Shown here: positions 1 through 28,171 of the stretch, piece by piece | How positions within the stretch are numbered: position 1 is the first letter of the stretch | Layout of the letters: every line of letters starts with the position of its first letter | Assembly: GCA_012295275.1 (NCBI GenBank) | Contig: CM022672.1 | Span: forward strand, 34,968,001-35,032,000 | Source: Chrysomallon squamiferum | Lineage: Eukaryota > Animalia > Mollusca | Reading direction: 5' to 3' | Length of the DNA stretch: 64,000 nucleotides | The notes under the pieces: generated by a model | The model's input: the letters and a program-made list of their open reading frames with translations, nothing else | What the model was told of the DNA's origin: nothing | Database searches by the model: none | Program-made: the position numbers and the translations under genes

Positions 1-1915
1 CTGTCTACCTAGTTACCTGTCTACTTACCTAGTTACCTGTCTACCTACCTAGTTACCTGTCTACCTACCTGCCTACCTAGCTACCTGTCTACCTACCTAG
101 CTACCTGTCTACCTATTTACCTGTCTACCTAGCTACCTGTCTACCTACCTAGTTACCTGTCTACCTAGCTACCTGTCTACTTACCTAGTTACCTGAATAC
201 CTAGTTACCCGGCTGCCTAGTTACCTGTCTACCTAGTTACCTGTCTACCTAGCTACCTGTCTACCTACCTAGTTACCTGAATACCTACCTACTTACCTGT
301 CTACCTACCTAGTTACCTGTCTACCTAGCTACCTGTCTACCTACCTAGTTACCTGAATACCTACCTAGTTACCTGTCTACGTACCTAGTTACCTGTCTAC
401 CTAGTTACCCGCCTGCCTAGTTACCTGTCTACCTAGTTACCTCTCTACCTAGTTACCTGTCTATCTAGTTACCTGTCAACCTAGTTACCTGTCTAACTAG
501 TTACCTGCCTGCCTAATTACCTGTCTACCTAGTTACCTGTCTGCCTAGTTACCTGTCTACCTAGTTACCTGTCTACATAGTTACCTGTCTACCTAGTTAC
601 CTGTCTACATAGTTACCTGTCTACCTAGTTACCTGTCTACCTAGTTACCTGTCTACCAACCTAGTTACCTGTCTACCTAGTTACCTGTCTACCTAGTTAC
701 CTGTCTACCTAATTACCTGTCTACCAAGTTATCTGTCTACCTAGTTACCTGTCTACCAAGTTACCTGTCTACCTAGTTACCTGTCTACATAGTTACCTGT
801 CTAACTAGTTACCTGTCTACCTAGTTACCTGTCTACCTAGTTACCTGTCTGCCTAGTTACCTGTCTACCTAGTTACCTGTCTACATAGTTACCTGTCTAC
901 CTAGTTACCTGTCTACCTAGTTACCTGTCTAACTAGTTACCTGTCTACCTAGTTACCTGTCTACCAACCTAGTTACATGTCTGAGTTACCTGTCTACCTA
1001 ATTACCTGTCTACCAAGTTATCTCTCTACCTAGTTACCTGTCTACCAAATTACCTGTCTACCTAGTTACCTGTCTGCCTAGTTACCTGTCTACCTAGTTA
1101 CCTGTCTACCTAGTTACCTGTCTAACTAGTTACCTGTCTACCTAGTTACCTGTCTACCAACCTAGTTACATGTCTACCTAGTTACCTGTCTACCTAATTA
1201 CCTGTCTACCAAGTTATCTCTCTACCTAGTTACCTGTCTACCAAGTTACCTGTCTACCTAGTTACCTGTCTACATAGTTACCTGTCTAACTAGTTACCTG
1301 TCTACCTATTTACCTGTCTACCAACCTAGTTACCTGTCTACCTAGTTACCTGTCTACCTAGTTACCTGTCTACCTAATTACCTGTCTACCAAGTTATCTG
1401 TCTACCTAGTTACCTGTCTACCAAGTTACCTGTCTACCTAGTTACCTGTCTACGTAGTTACCTGTCTAACTAGTTACCTGTCTACCTAGTTACCTGTCTG
1501 CCTAGTTACCTGTCTGCCTAATTACCTGTCTACCTAGTTACCTGTCTACATAGTTACCTGTCTACCTAGTTACCTGCCTACCTAGTTACCTGTCTACATA
1601 GTTACCTGTCTAACTAGTTACCTGTCTACCTAGTTACCTGTCTACCAACCTAGTTACCTGTCTACCTAGTTACCTGTCTACCTAATTACCTGTCTACCAA
1701 GTTATCTGTCTACCTAGTTACCTGTCTACCAAGTTACCTGTCTACCTAGTTACCTGTCTACATAGTTACCTGTCTAACTAGTTACCTGTCTACCTAGTTA
1801 CCTGTCTACATAGTTACCTGTCTAACTAGTTACCTGTCTAACTAGTTACCTGTCTACCTAGTTACCTGTCTACCTAGTTACCTGTCAACCTAGTTACCTG
1901 TCTAACTAGTTACTT
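1..1915. repeat. 16-bp tandem satellite, consensus CTAGTTACCTGTCTAC, with 20-bp variants; continues beyond the left edge
   Basis: Directly visible reiteration of ctagttacctgtctac with point variants (cata, ccaa, aact, gcct) over ~1.9 kb. Confidence 0.97.
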
Positions 1916-2900
1916 GTTATGGTAATATAAATATAGACATATTTTTACTGTTATTTAAATATTATATTTTAATTTATATGTTTTGTTATTTATTTGATTT
2001 TAAAGAGTGGGAATGTCAGAATGAGGTCAAGGCAAAACTCCGTGATATATGTTTTCTGGTTTGCATGACAGAACTATGTTTGTTTTCTATTAACTCGCTT
2101 CAGTTTTATAAACAAAAAGAGAAATGTATGACGTGCTCGACACTTTGCCCAGTTTTGTTTTACTGGCGATGTTTTCATTCGAGCACATTTTTCAAAAGGA
2201 AATAAACACAGATAAAGTACTAAAAAAGAAAACGATCTTTCTGCTTTATATCGGGTTTCGTTATTCTGTTTATGTTTTTATTTATTCTTTATTATTATTA
2301 TTATCATTATTGTTGTTGTTTTTGTTATTATTATTATTATTATTATTTTATTATTACTACTATTATCTTTTTAATTATTATTATCTTTTATTCTTTTCTG
2401 TATTTTTATACAAATCTTTTTTTTTTTTTTTTCTTTGTTCATTCTGTTTATTACAGATACATAGTCAATAAGTGAGAGAATGTAACTGAATATTTCTGTT
2501 ACTGGAGGTAGAGATAGGAGATATCTGACTGAAAATTTCACCTTATCTGAAGATGTTAATGAACATTTTTCTGTGTTTGAAATGGATATTTGTATTACTG
2601 CTGACATTGTAATAGGAAGAAATTACACATCAATCTACAAAGTCCACCAGCTCGTTTCAGACATTTATCCATTATTGCTTGCCCTAGATGTGAATGACAT
2701 TAAGTGCTGAACTCTTAGTATGAAACTTTTGTCTCGTTATAGAAGAGTCAACTGATCTGTTTTCACTACACTCGACCTAGTCCTCTGTTATGTCTGAAAG
2801 AAAAATTACGGTGGAGTAAAAGATTATGTATCATTGTGGCTTTCTTTTCACATACTTTGGTGTATTAATAATACCTTTATATTACATTAAATACTACAAT

Positions 2901-2955
2901 TCTTCTTCTTCTTCTTCTTCTTCTTCTTCTTCTTCTTCTTCTTCTTCTTCTTCTT

Positions 2956-2986
<31 letters not shown>

Positions 2987-2999
2987 TTATTATTATTAT
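2901..2999. repeat. (TTC)n followed by (TTA)n microsatellite
   Basis: Direct inspection; the paralogous positions (21557, 36216) have only a short seed. Confidence 0.95.
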
Positions 3000-3135
3000 C
3001 TGTTTCATCGCATTAACAGTGAGGGCATATCAATAGTTTGAGTCAATCTTCTAGATCGAACAATCCTCATAGATAAAACGATTTGACATTATGTATCTGC
3101 ATAAATACTGTGTTAAGTGAAACAAGAAAACAAAA

Positions 3136-3174
<39 letters not shown>

Positions 3175-3422
3175 ACATGTTTTACAAAGATTTTAAAATA
3201 AAATTAAAAAAATTGGGCAGCGCTCTTATCATTATTGTACAAATACTTTATGTTTTACACAATCATGTATATTAGTCGTGAGATATTGTGAGGCATTAAT
3301 TATTTACTCATTCCTTTATTTTTAATTATTTATTTTATTCTTTTAGTTCTTTAGTTTTTTATATTCATTTTTAGATCAGCAGTATTCATTGATTTCTACA
3401 GACCTGCCTCCAACAAGCACAG

Positions 3423-3424
3423 TT

Positions 3425-3455
<31 letters not shown>

Positions 3456-3670
3456 AATACACATACACTCACACACACAAGAACACACACAAACAAACAC
3501 ACACACAAACACACATACACACACACAAACATACACACAAACAAACACACACACAAACACACATACACACAAACACACACACACACAAACACACACACAC
3601 ATACACAGACACAAACACACACACACAAACATACACACACACCAACACACACAAATACACATACACTCAC

Positions 3671-3703
<33 letters not shown>

Positions 3704-3704
3704 A

Positions 3705-3741
<37 letters not shown>

Positions 3742-3746
3742 AACAA

Positions 3747-3803
<57 letters not shown>

Positions 3804-3853
3804 AACACACACAAACACACACACACAAACACACACACAAACAAACACAAACA

Positions 3854-3887
<34 letters not shown>
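3423..3887. repeat. Compound (CA)n/(CAAA) microsatellite
   Basis: Direct inspection; source of the spurious VC/TH-rich ORFs. Similar tracts at ~20629-20990, 35189-35655 and 50195-50350. Confidence 0.95.
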
Positions 3888-4260
3888 TCTCCAGATGTGG
3901 ATTGAGTTCTGTTTATATGGATATACGTGTCTATGTTCTATGATGTGTTTTATATTTGTATATAACTGTTGATAATACAGGGGTATTGTGATACCTGTCT
4001 AACAAGAAAATGTATATGACAGGTTTTCTGTACTGCGACCTAATTTCAGTACGAGTAAAACCGGTTTTCCTAGATCCAAATTTAACCTCAGTGTGTTAAA
4101 TTTAAAAGAAGTACATTCTTCTGTTCAAATCATGCTTGCTATGAACTTTGTACCGGGATGTATTAGATGATGTTTTTCTCATTGGTGAGTTGTTAAAATG
4201 AGTCTTGTCTCAACTCGCAGTTTTACTTCCTGGTTTGTTTGTCTACGAAACATTTTCACT

Positions 4261-18995
<14,735 letters not shown>

Positions 18996-19257
18996 ATATG
19001 GATTGCGTTCAAATACAGATTTTATGGGTAACGGTATAATGACTTATTAATTATCTTAGTAATGTTTCTAAAACGGATACACTATAATAAAGTAGACTGT
19101 AACATTTTATAAAAGAAAGATTTCTGTAAATAATATGAACAATATAAATCATTTTAATCATTTTGTTATAGACATGTAAATGGATATGTAGATGTGTATT
19201 GTCCAAATTAACAGAGATGATCTGAAAACAAGCATGTTATTAAACGTCTGACATCGC

Positions 19258-19403
19258 TCATTGTGAGTATTTAGTAACACAGTCTCGTTAGAATAGTAAA
19301 TTATTTATGTATTCATTGTGAATATTTAGTAACACAGTCTCGTTAGAACAGTAATTTATATATGTATTCATTATGAATATTTAGTAACACAGTCTCGTTA
19401 GAA
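19258..19403. repeat. 55-bp minisatellite (~2.6 copies) in the putative 3' UTR of paralog 1
   Basis: Unit attgtgaatatttagtaacacagtctcgttagaacagtaaattatttatgtattc; lies upstream of AATAAA at 19484. Confidence 0.85.
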
Positions 19404-19483
19404 CTCAGAACTCTTCGTTATCTTTCTTATAAGCAAATGAAGCTCACCTGAGAAGAAAATGTATTGTAATATTTTACGTTGCA

Positions 19484-19489
19484 AATAAA
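19484..19489 (+). promoter_or_regulatory. Candidate polyadenylation signal of paralog 1
   Basis: AATAAA in the context ttacgttgcaAATAAAcataatc, conserved at 33741 and 48502; no transcript evidence. Confidence 0.4.
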
Positions 19490-20813
19490 CATAATCAAGT
19501 ATTAGTATAGAAAATATTTAGTGGACTTGTTGAATAAGTTTCAGCGAGTAGTTTGCGCTGCATGCAACATGTTAATCGTTACAAACATACACGAATGGAG
19601 ACTAATTTTATTGTTATGATACACAAGATGATGATTCACATACAATAAGGTAACACAGTATACAATAGTGTAAATGTTACTATGATATAAGTGTGGAGAT
19701 TAATCTAGTTTATATGAGTGACAGGATGATGATTCAAATAGCCGGATCAAGACTGTAGTGAACATTCTGACACTAGCCACTTACGAAAGATTTAATAAAC
19801 TAAAAACGTGTTATTTTGTTTATGTTCATGGCGCCCCGCATAACTGACACAGACGAGTTAGAAGAACTCATGAATTTATGTCAAAGATTAATAAACCAAC
19901 AAGATATAAATTATTATGATAAACATGAGTTGTAAGTGCTATGTTATTATGAACTAAGTAAAAGCAGTTCAGAGTGATTTGTTATAGCTGTATTGCTTTG
20001 AATATAGTCTTAACAAGTCCTATTTCAGAATTATTTCCCATGAGATGTTTGATTAGCTGAAACAGTAATCAGACAGAAACTAGAGTACATTACATACATT
20101 CAGTGATAGACGAATCTAAGTAATACTATGTTACAGGCAAGGCACGTATGTGTGCTTATTTCTGTGTTTCTGGTTTAGTTAATTATTCTGTATGTAGATT
20201 ATTTATCAGAACCATTCTTTCATTAAATATATTTTCGCACAACTGAAATTCTTTTATATGTGCATGGAGCTATCATGTGGATAAATGTATATGTGTGTGC
20301 GTTGTATATGTATATATCTAAATAAACAGAGAATATACATATGCACATACACACAAATATACACGTTTACATACACATATGTACACACGCAGACTTACAC
20401 ATGCTCATATACTCACATATAAAAATTCACACAACGTTTCCATTTTATTTTTATTCAGATTACGGTTGTATATTTATTACGTTTATTAATAAACTTCAGC
20501 TTATGTTAAAACAGATCTGATTTATGTAAAATATTAAGACTAAAGACTTTAGTAATTAATACGTCAAGTACTGTAATTTGCCATTAGTATATTTTGGTTA
20601 TTAAAAAGCTAAGAACGTACTCTCATATTACACACACACAGACATACACACACACACACACAAACACACAGACACAGACACACACAGACACACACACAGA
20701 CACAGACACACACAGACACACACAGACACACACACAGACACATACACACAGACGCACACACAGACACACACACAATACACACTACATCCACACACTATAC
20801 ACACACACACTAT

Positions 20814-20845
<32 letters not shown>

Positions 20846-20912
20846 TCACAATGGCTGGGTCCTTCCTGTAGATCTTAAAATGGCCACCTTAACATTGATA
20901 AACGCGTACACA

Positions 20913-20993
<81 letters not shown>

Positions 20994-20994
20994 G

Positions 20995-21160
20995 TTCAAG
21001 ACTGACTTGACGGCCGTGCGGTAACATCGTCCACCTTCGAGTGTCTTACGTTCGAGTCTCGTCAGCGGCATTTTGACGATGTTTGTGAGGTCGTGATTGG
21101 ACTTTGTCCTCCTGCACCTGAGAATTCCCGGATAATGCAGAGACTAATCAGACGTACATA
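20995..21160 (+). mobile_element. GC-rich intergenic block, possibly the remnant of a tRNA-derived SINE head (copies at ~35655-35820 and, diverged, ~50355-50440)
   Basis: A-box-like ggccgtgcggtaa and B-box-like gttcgagtc in an otherwise AT-rich region; no complete cloverleaf. Confidence 0.3.
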
Positions 21161-24100
21161 AGTCAGAGAACATTCAATCATAAAATAGGTACATGTGCAT
21201 TGCATATGCTGAAAAAAAAAGAGTTATAGTCTAGCATACATATGAATAGTGCCATTGTAATAGGAAGAGATTACATGTTCAATGGGAACACTCCGCCAGC
21301 TCGTTTCAGACATGTACCCAGTCATGCGTGTCCTAGATACGTGTTGTAAATGACATTAAACACTGAACTCTTAGCTTGAAACTTTTGTCTCGATATAGAA
21401 GAGTCAACTGATCTGTTTTCACTACACTCGACCTAGTCCTCTGTTATGTCTCAAAGAAAACTTACGGCGAAGTAAAAGATTATGTATCATTGTGGCATTC
21501 TTGTTACATATACCTTGGTGTATTAATAAAACTTTTATATTACATTAAATACTATAATTCTTCGTATTATTATCTGTTTTATCGCATGAACAGTGACAAC
21601 ATAGCAGTATTTTGAGTCAATCGCTCTAGGTCCAACAAACAGTTGAGCTTTTTCTTTTATTATTAGATGAATTCAGCAGTATTCTGTGATGTATACACAC
21701 ACGCACTCACACGCACAGTTACAAACATCACAGTTGACAATACAGGGATATTGCGACACTGGTCTGATAAGATAATGTATGTGAAAAGATTTCTGTCAGT
21801 TGTGACATAATTACAGCACGTAAAACACGTATTCCTAGATCTAAATTTAACCTCAGTGTGTTTAATTTAACAGAAATACTCAGTTTTCAAATCATATGAA
21901 CTTTGTACCAGAATATATTACATGGTGTTTTCATCTTTTCTCATTGGTGAGTCATGAAAACGATTCTTGTCTGAACTAGCAGTTTTACTTCCTTGTTTGT
22001 TTCTCTGTGAAACATTTTCACTATGGCTGGGTGTTGGACAAGTCTTCAGTTTCTAGTTTGTTGTTTAATTTTGCAGTCAGGACAGATAGCAGCCAGATAT
22101 GGTAAGTTAGAAAATATTTGTATTTGTGAAACATTTACAGGATATATGAATAATTATTCCTTTTAATTTATAATGATACTGATAAATATTTTAAGAAGGT
22201 TTCAAAGAAGATTTATTTTTCTTCCTGTCTGATTATTGTTATCGTTTTTGTTGTTGTTGTTGCAGTTGTTGATGGCAATGACCGTGATTCAGACAGTTAT
22301 ATACATTATGTACAAGAACGTTACGTTCCATTAAGCATGAAATGTGGTAAAAAACAGTTAAAGAATATTTTTCGCAGTTTTACTACCTAGATCAATTTTA
22401 ATGCTTATATTAACGATCATGCCAAACTTAAGAAAGATACAGTTAAACATTTGTAGTATATTTCTTTCTCTCTCTCCATTGATATTATAGACTATTAAAG
22501 TAAATAATTGTCTTACTTTAATAACAAAACCGCTCTTATATTTTTCACCTCATGTAATTACTGTTTAGTTCACAAATCGGACTGATATATATATATATAT
22601 ATTTTATTTATTATTTTACAAAGTAAGATAATTTTGCTTCCGTATTTATTACATGGGATTATGTGTGCAACGTCGATATGTTTTCGTTTTCTAGTTTGTG
22701 TTTTGATTAAGTTTTAATGTTAATTATTATTTTATAAATCTGATTTTGACTTACTGTGATAAAAATAAATGTTCACAGAACATTTATTTTTCTTCCTCTG
22801 TTATTAATATTATCATTATTGCTATTTTTGTTCTCGTCATTCGTATTGTTGTAGTTATGTTGTTGTCGTTGTTGGTGTTGTTGTAGTTATGTTGTTACAG
22901 GTAGTGGTGATGGTAAGGTAAACAAGTAAAAAAGACAAAACAATCGTGTACCAGGAAGATATGTAAAACATTTCAAAACAGCGATTTGAATGTAAACAAG
23001 TCGAGGTTTGGTTTCATCGTTTTTGCTGTTTAAAAACTGACATATGTATAGATATTTATGTAATCGAAGAAATTGGTTTCTTACACGTTTGCTAGTGATA
23101 ATTATGAATAATAATTAAATAATTAATTAATAAACTTTTATAAATATTGATAGTCAGTAATAACCAAACATTCATTTCTTTAAATATAATTGTGTCGTCT
23201 TTAATGTAAATTTATACAGCGTTTTGAAAGCTATCACAAACAAACAACATCTATTAAGACAGTTTAAATACATAAATTAATTTCACTGCATATATGAAGC
23301 ATCATAAATAAATAAATAAATTTACAAGAAACAAAATAAAAAATTAGAAAGTAAAACAGAGAAACATTTTAAGTAGTACATTAATGACTCTTCTTTATTT
23401 AACTTACTTGGACAGCACATTGATAACATAAACACACGTTAACAACAAATATTTATATTCAGTTTTTCTCAGAATAAACATCAGTATTGAATATTGCTTT
23501 ATAAAGTATAAACTGTACAGATTATGATTACAGCGCGTACAAACATAGCACTACACATACTTCCCTTAATGCTAATTGTAGTTTTCCTGTAGCAGAAGAT
23601 TTGTGTCATTTCACTCAAGTTAGGTCACAGTTTGCTGTGTCTGTGTGACTGTCTGTCGTCAGTAAATTATTCACATACATATAGAGAAGAGTAGCTGTAA
23701 AAACTACATCAGCGCTGTCACTGGTAGAAGAAATAATATTAATTATGATACAGAAATACAGCCATAAAAACTGAGATGTTTATCGTTTCAAATGTCAAAG
23801 TTCATCAAGAATTAGGAAACAAATCGCTTATATTTTGTCATGAATTCAGCTACAAATTGTTGAATCTTTTATGACATGTATAAAATATCGTGGACATATT
23901 TTGAATATTATACAGTAGGACAGGAACCTGATTTTATTTATTTATTTTGTGTTTGTTTGGGTGGAAGGTTCGATCGATGGACGTGTGGAGGTTTAATTAA
24001 TTAATAATATTTTATACGAGAGCAGACATTTTATATACGAAGTACAGCAGATTAATTTTACTTCCTTATTGATGACTACTACTTCGATATCAGAAAAAAA

Positions 24101-26295
24101 ACATTGTTAAATGAATATGAATGAGAAAAACTGGGTTTGTTTTTGTTGTTGAGTTTTGTATTAGGCAGATAGAGAAACACAGATACATAAATAAAAAATC
24201 TCAGTTAGGTGAGAAGACTGTGTAAAATAATAATGTATAAGCCTAACGGTGAACCAAAATATCCATTCTCTAATAGTAATTATTCTGTTTGACAATTTTT
24301 GTTTCTTTCTTTGTTGCTATTGTTGTTGTTGTTTTCTTTCTATTTCTGTCTCTTTGTCTCTCTGTCTTTCTTCTTTCTGTGTCTCACACATCTTTTTTTG
24401 CTCATGTTATTGGGTTTTTTTTTTGTTGGTGTTTCTCTCTCTGTCTCCTCTACTGTCTTCCTCTGTTTTTTCTCTTTTTCTTTCTGTCTCTTACACGTTC
24501 TCTCTATCTCTGATCTCTATGTTTCTGTCTGTTAAAAACAAAACATTAAACACACACATATATAAACACTTTTACTAAAACACACGTCACTCTTTTCACG
24601 TCTTCTTTTGATCTTTGTCACAGATGTTAAACTAAGCGTTAAGTTCACAAGGTGGAACAAGTGTTGATAATTATATTTCTTAGTTCGTTATTAGTATAAG
24701 CGTATTGGCTGTTAGTCGAAGATTTCTAGCTTGTTATTTGATTTTAGAATCAGGACTATCGTTTGCTACATTTCTCTTTATTCCGAGTGAGACGTCAATT
24801 GTATCAAACAGCAGACGTTACCTTTCATTTTCAAATATGAATGGGAAACTAATTAGTATTATCACTATAACACTGCTTTTGTATAACTGTATATACTGAC
24901 AGTTATATTACCATTTAATCTTTTTGTATAACTGTATATCCTGACAATTATATTACCATTTAATCTATTTATAAGTGTTTATAATCTAATAATATTATGT
25001 GTATTTATTGCATTTAAAATGTTCATTGTTATAATTAAAATAATTAAATATCCAAAAGTGTTTATACATATTTAATGTTAGAAAATGTTAGTAAAATACT
25101 TATTGTAGATATCTATTTGTTTCCGCTATTGAAGCAGTAACTGACTTTACTAATTTATTTCTTCACTCATTCATTCATTTATATATGTGATATTTTTCAG
25201 TAAACGTAGCTCGAAATAAAAACGCATATCAAAATTCTTATGAGCCTGGTTATGAAAATCATGCTTCAAGAGGCGTTGATGGACAAACCAGTGGAGATTG
25301 GCATGTAGTGATACACACAGATACAAACCAGCCTTACACGTGGTGGGAAGTAGATTTAGAAAAACCTTACTCTATCCATGAAGTTAAAATATATTTCAGA
25401 AATGACAGTAAGTATGAAAATTTAACTATGAATATGTAACATTAATTATAACAAATATTTTTGTTTGTTAATTTTAACTTGTAAGTGAGGGAGATGGACG
25501 TCAATATTTTTGTTGTCGTTGTTGCTGTTGTTGTGCAATTATTTCTGCATGTTAAGTATTATTAAATTTGCAAAAGTTTGTGTTTATAATGTTTCCATGA
25601 CAGCATTATTGATTTATTGGTGTCAATGTTATTGTTGTTTTTTTGTTTTTGTTTTTACAAAGTCCACGAATCCATATTATGTTCAAAAAAAGTTAATTTT
25701 AACTTGTAAGTGAGGGAGATGGACGTCAATATTTGATGCTGGTTTCTTTTTGTTGTCGTTGTTGTTGTTGTTGTATAATTATTTCTTAATGTTACCTATT
25801 ATTAAACTGACAGAATTATTGATTTTTTGGTGTCAGTGTTGTATTATATCCGAAAAAAGTAGCTTAAGATTATATTTCCACAGTTTCATTTTAGCAAGAT
25901 CGCCATATTTAGATACTTTTTATCCTTCTTATTTTTTTTTATTTATTTAGTTTTTTCACTAACTTGTTTATTTACTGTATTTAAAGAATCTTAGTTAATA
26001 AAAATATCTAATAATTTAGAGAAAATTTTACAGTTTGATTTTGCTATTTCCTGCGCCTTCTCAAATAAGCCAATCCTTGCATAATTTAGAATTTATGAAG
26101 TTGAAATCGGAAACGAACAGAATAGACTTTTTTGTAAAACTTTCTTATTTCTTATAATGTCACGGGTAGAAATTTTCTAATGGTGAAATTGGTGAATAAC
26201 AGATACAATGTATGTAAAATGCATGTTCTAGTTTTATTATCGTTATTGCACTTTTATTTTATTTTAGTATTTTATTTTATTTTATTTTACTTGAT

Positions 26296-26344
<49 letters not shown>

Positions 26345-27160
26345 TTATTTTGGAGTATTTTTGTTTCATTTTTTTGGGGGGCGTATCATTTTTTAAGATT
26401 GTCTTTCTCCTGTGGACGTCCTTGAATTCTGTGTTTTCTGTTGCATTACTTTTGTTTCTAATTGTAATTGAATTTATTACTAAAAGTATGAAATGAATTG
26501 TATTTCATTGCTTGGTGTGATGGTAGTCCTAGTTCTCGTATTGTGTGTAAGTACACTGTAACACTGAATTGTATCTAATTTAGATAAATGGAGAAGAAAT
26601 GGTGTACAGGTTTATGCTAACACAGCAGCGAGACAGTCTAACACAGGACATCTGTGTGGTACTGTTACTGGTAGAAAAGATGGAACTGATATTCCTGAAA
26701 CTGTGAACATGAATTGTAACGTCAACACTAGATATGTGACAACACTAGATATGTGACTATCTTTGCAGAAGAAACCGAACTATTTACTGAATAATATCTA
26801 TTCATAACTTTGCTATGATTTGAAATCGTTTCAAAACTTGTTATCAAGATCTATACGTAGAATTAATTCATATTTGTACCATTGTTTTTTTATTATGTGT
26901 TGTGTTTGTCATGTCCTATTATAATACAGACACAAGTGATTCTAAGTACTTGTGACGATATCAGTAAATATAAATATTCTGATATTTAACTTTAGAATGA
27001 AGAGGGAAATTAAATTACATATTAGTAATATTGTTTCATATTACACATATGGTTAAAGAACAAATATGTATTACATAAACAAGAAAATACGTTATGATTA
27101 ACCAGCCAGTTTAATATTTGAAAACAAAAATATTATTCACACATCTTGTTTACTCTTTCA

Positions 27161-28171
27161 TAAATCACTGTTTTAAAGAGAGTGTAAATATATTTCAATA
27201 TGTCAGACTGGTGTGTATGGTTCTAACTGTGAGAAGTCACTGTTTTAAAGAGAGTGTAAATATTTTTCAGTATGCCAGGCTGGTGTGTATGGTTCTAACT
27301 GTGACAAGTCACTGTTTTAAAGAGAGTTTCGATATTTTTCAGTATATGAGACTGGTGTGTATGGTTCTAACTGTAACAAGTCACTGTTTTAAAGACAGTG
27401 TAAATATTTTTCAGTATGTCAGACTGGTGTGTATGGTTCTGACTGTGACAAGTCACTGTTTTAAAGAGAGTGTAAATATTTTTCAGTATCTCAGACTGGT
27501 GTGTATGGTTCTAACTGTGACAAGTCACTTTTTTAAAGAGAGTGTAAATATTTTTCAGTATCTCAGACTGGTGTGTATTGTTCTAACTGTGACAAGTCAC
27601 TTTTTTAAAGAGAGTGCAAATATTTTTCAGTATGTCAGACTGGTGTGTATGGTTCTAACTGTGAAAGTCACTGTTTTAAAGAGAGTGTAAATATTTTTCA
27701 GTATATCAGACTGGTGTGTATGGTTCTAACTGTAACAAGTCACTGTTTCAAAGAGTGTAAATATTTTTCAGTATGTCAGACTGGTGTGTATGGTTCTAAC
27801 TGTGACAAGTCACTATTTTAAAGACAGTGTAAATATTTTTCAGTATGTCAGACTGGTGTGTATGGTTCTAACTGTGACAAGTCACTGTTTCAAAGAGAGT
27901 GTAAATATTTTTCAGTATGTCAGACTGGTGTGTATGGTTCTAACTGTGACAAGTCACTGTTTCAAAGAGTGTGTAAATATTTTTCAGTATGTCAGACTGG
28001 TGTGTATGGTTCTAACTGTGACAAGTCACTGTTTCAAAGAGAGTGTAAATATTTTTCAGTATGTCAGACTGGTGTGTATAGTTCTAATTGTTACAAATCA
28101 CTGTTTCAAAGAGAGTGTAAATATTTTTCAGTATGTCAGACTGGTGTGTATGGTTCTAACTGTGAGAAGTC
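27161..28171 (+). repeat. 72-bp tandem repeat x14 spanning the intron end, splice acceptor and start of an EGF exon
   Basis: Unit aagtcactgttttaaagagagtgtaaatatttttcag|tatgtcagactggtgtgtatggttctaactgtgac; acceptor AG ends at 27270, 27342, 27414, 27486, 27558, 27630, 27701, 27771, 27843, 27915, 27987, 28059, 28131 (the first copy at 27198 has AA). Confidence 0.95.

Noticed and set aside
1-1915. Telomeric or coding repeat
   Set aside because: The 16-bp unit is not TTAGGG/TTAGG-type and contains stops; treated as an ordinary satellite.
3386-3943. VC-, TH-, SL-, ER-, IYLS- and poly-I/N/Y ORFs here and throughout the window
   Set aside because: Translations of microsatellites.
20995-21075. tRNA gene
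   Set aside because: Box-like motifs only; I could not fold a cloverleaf with acceptor and anticodon stems. Kept only as a low-confidence SINE remnant.
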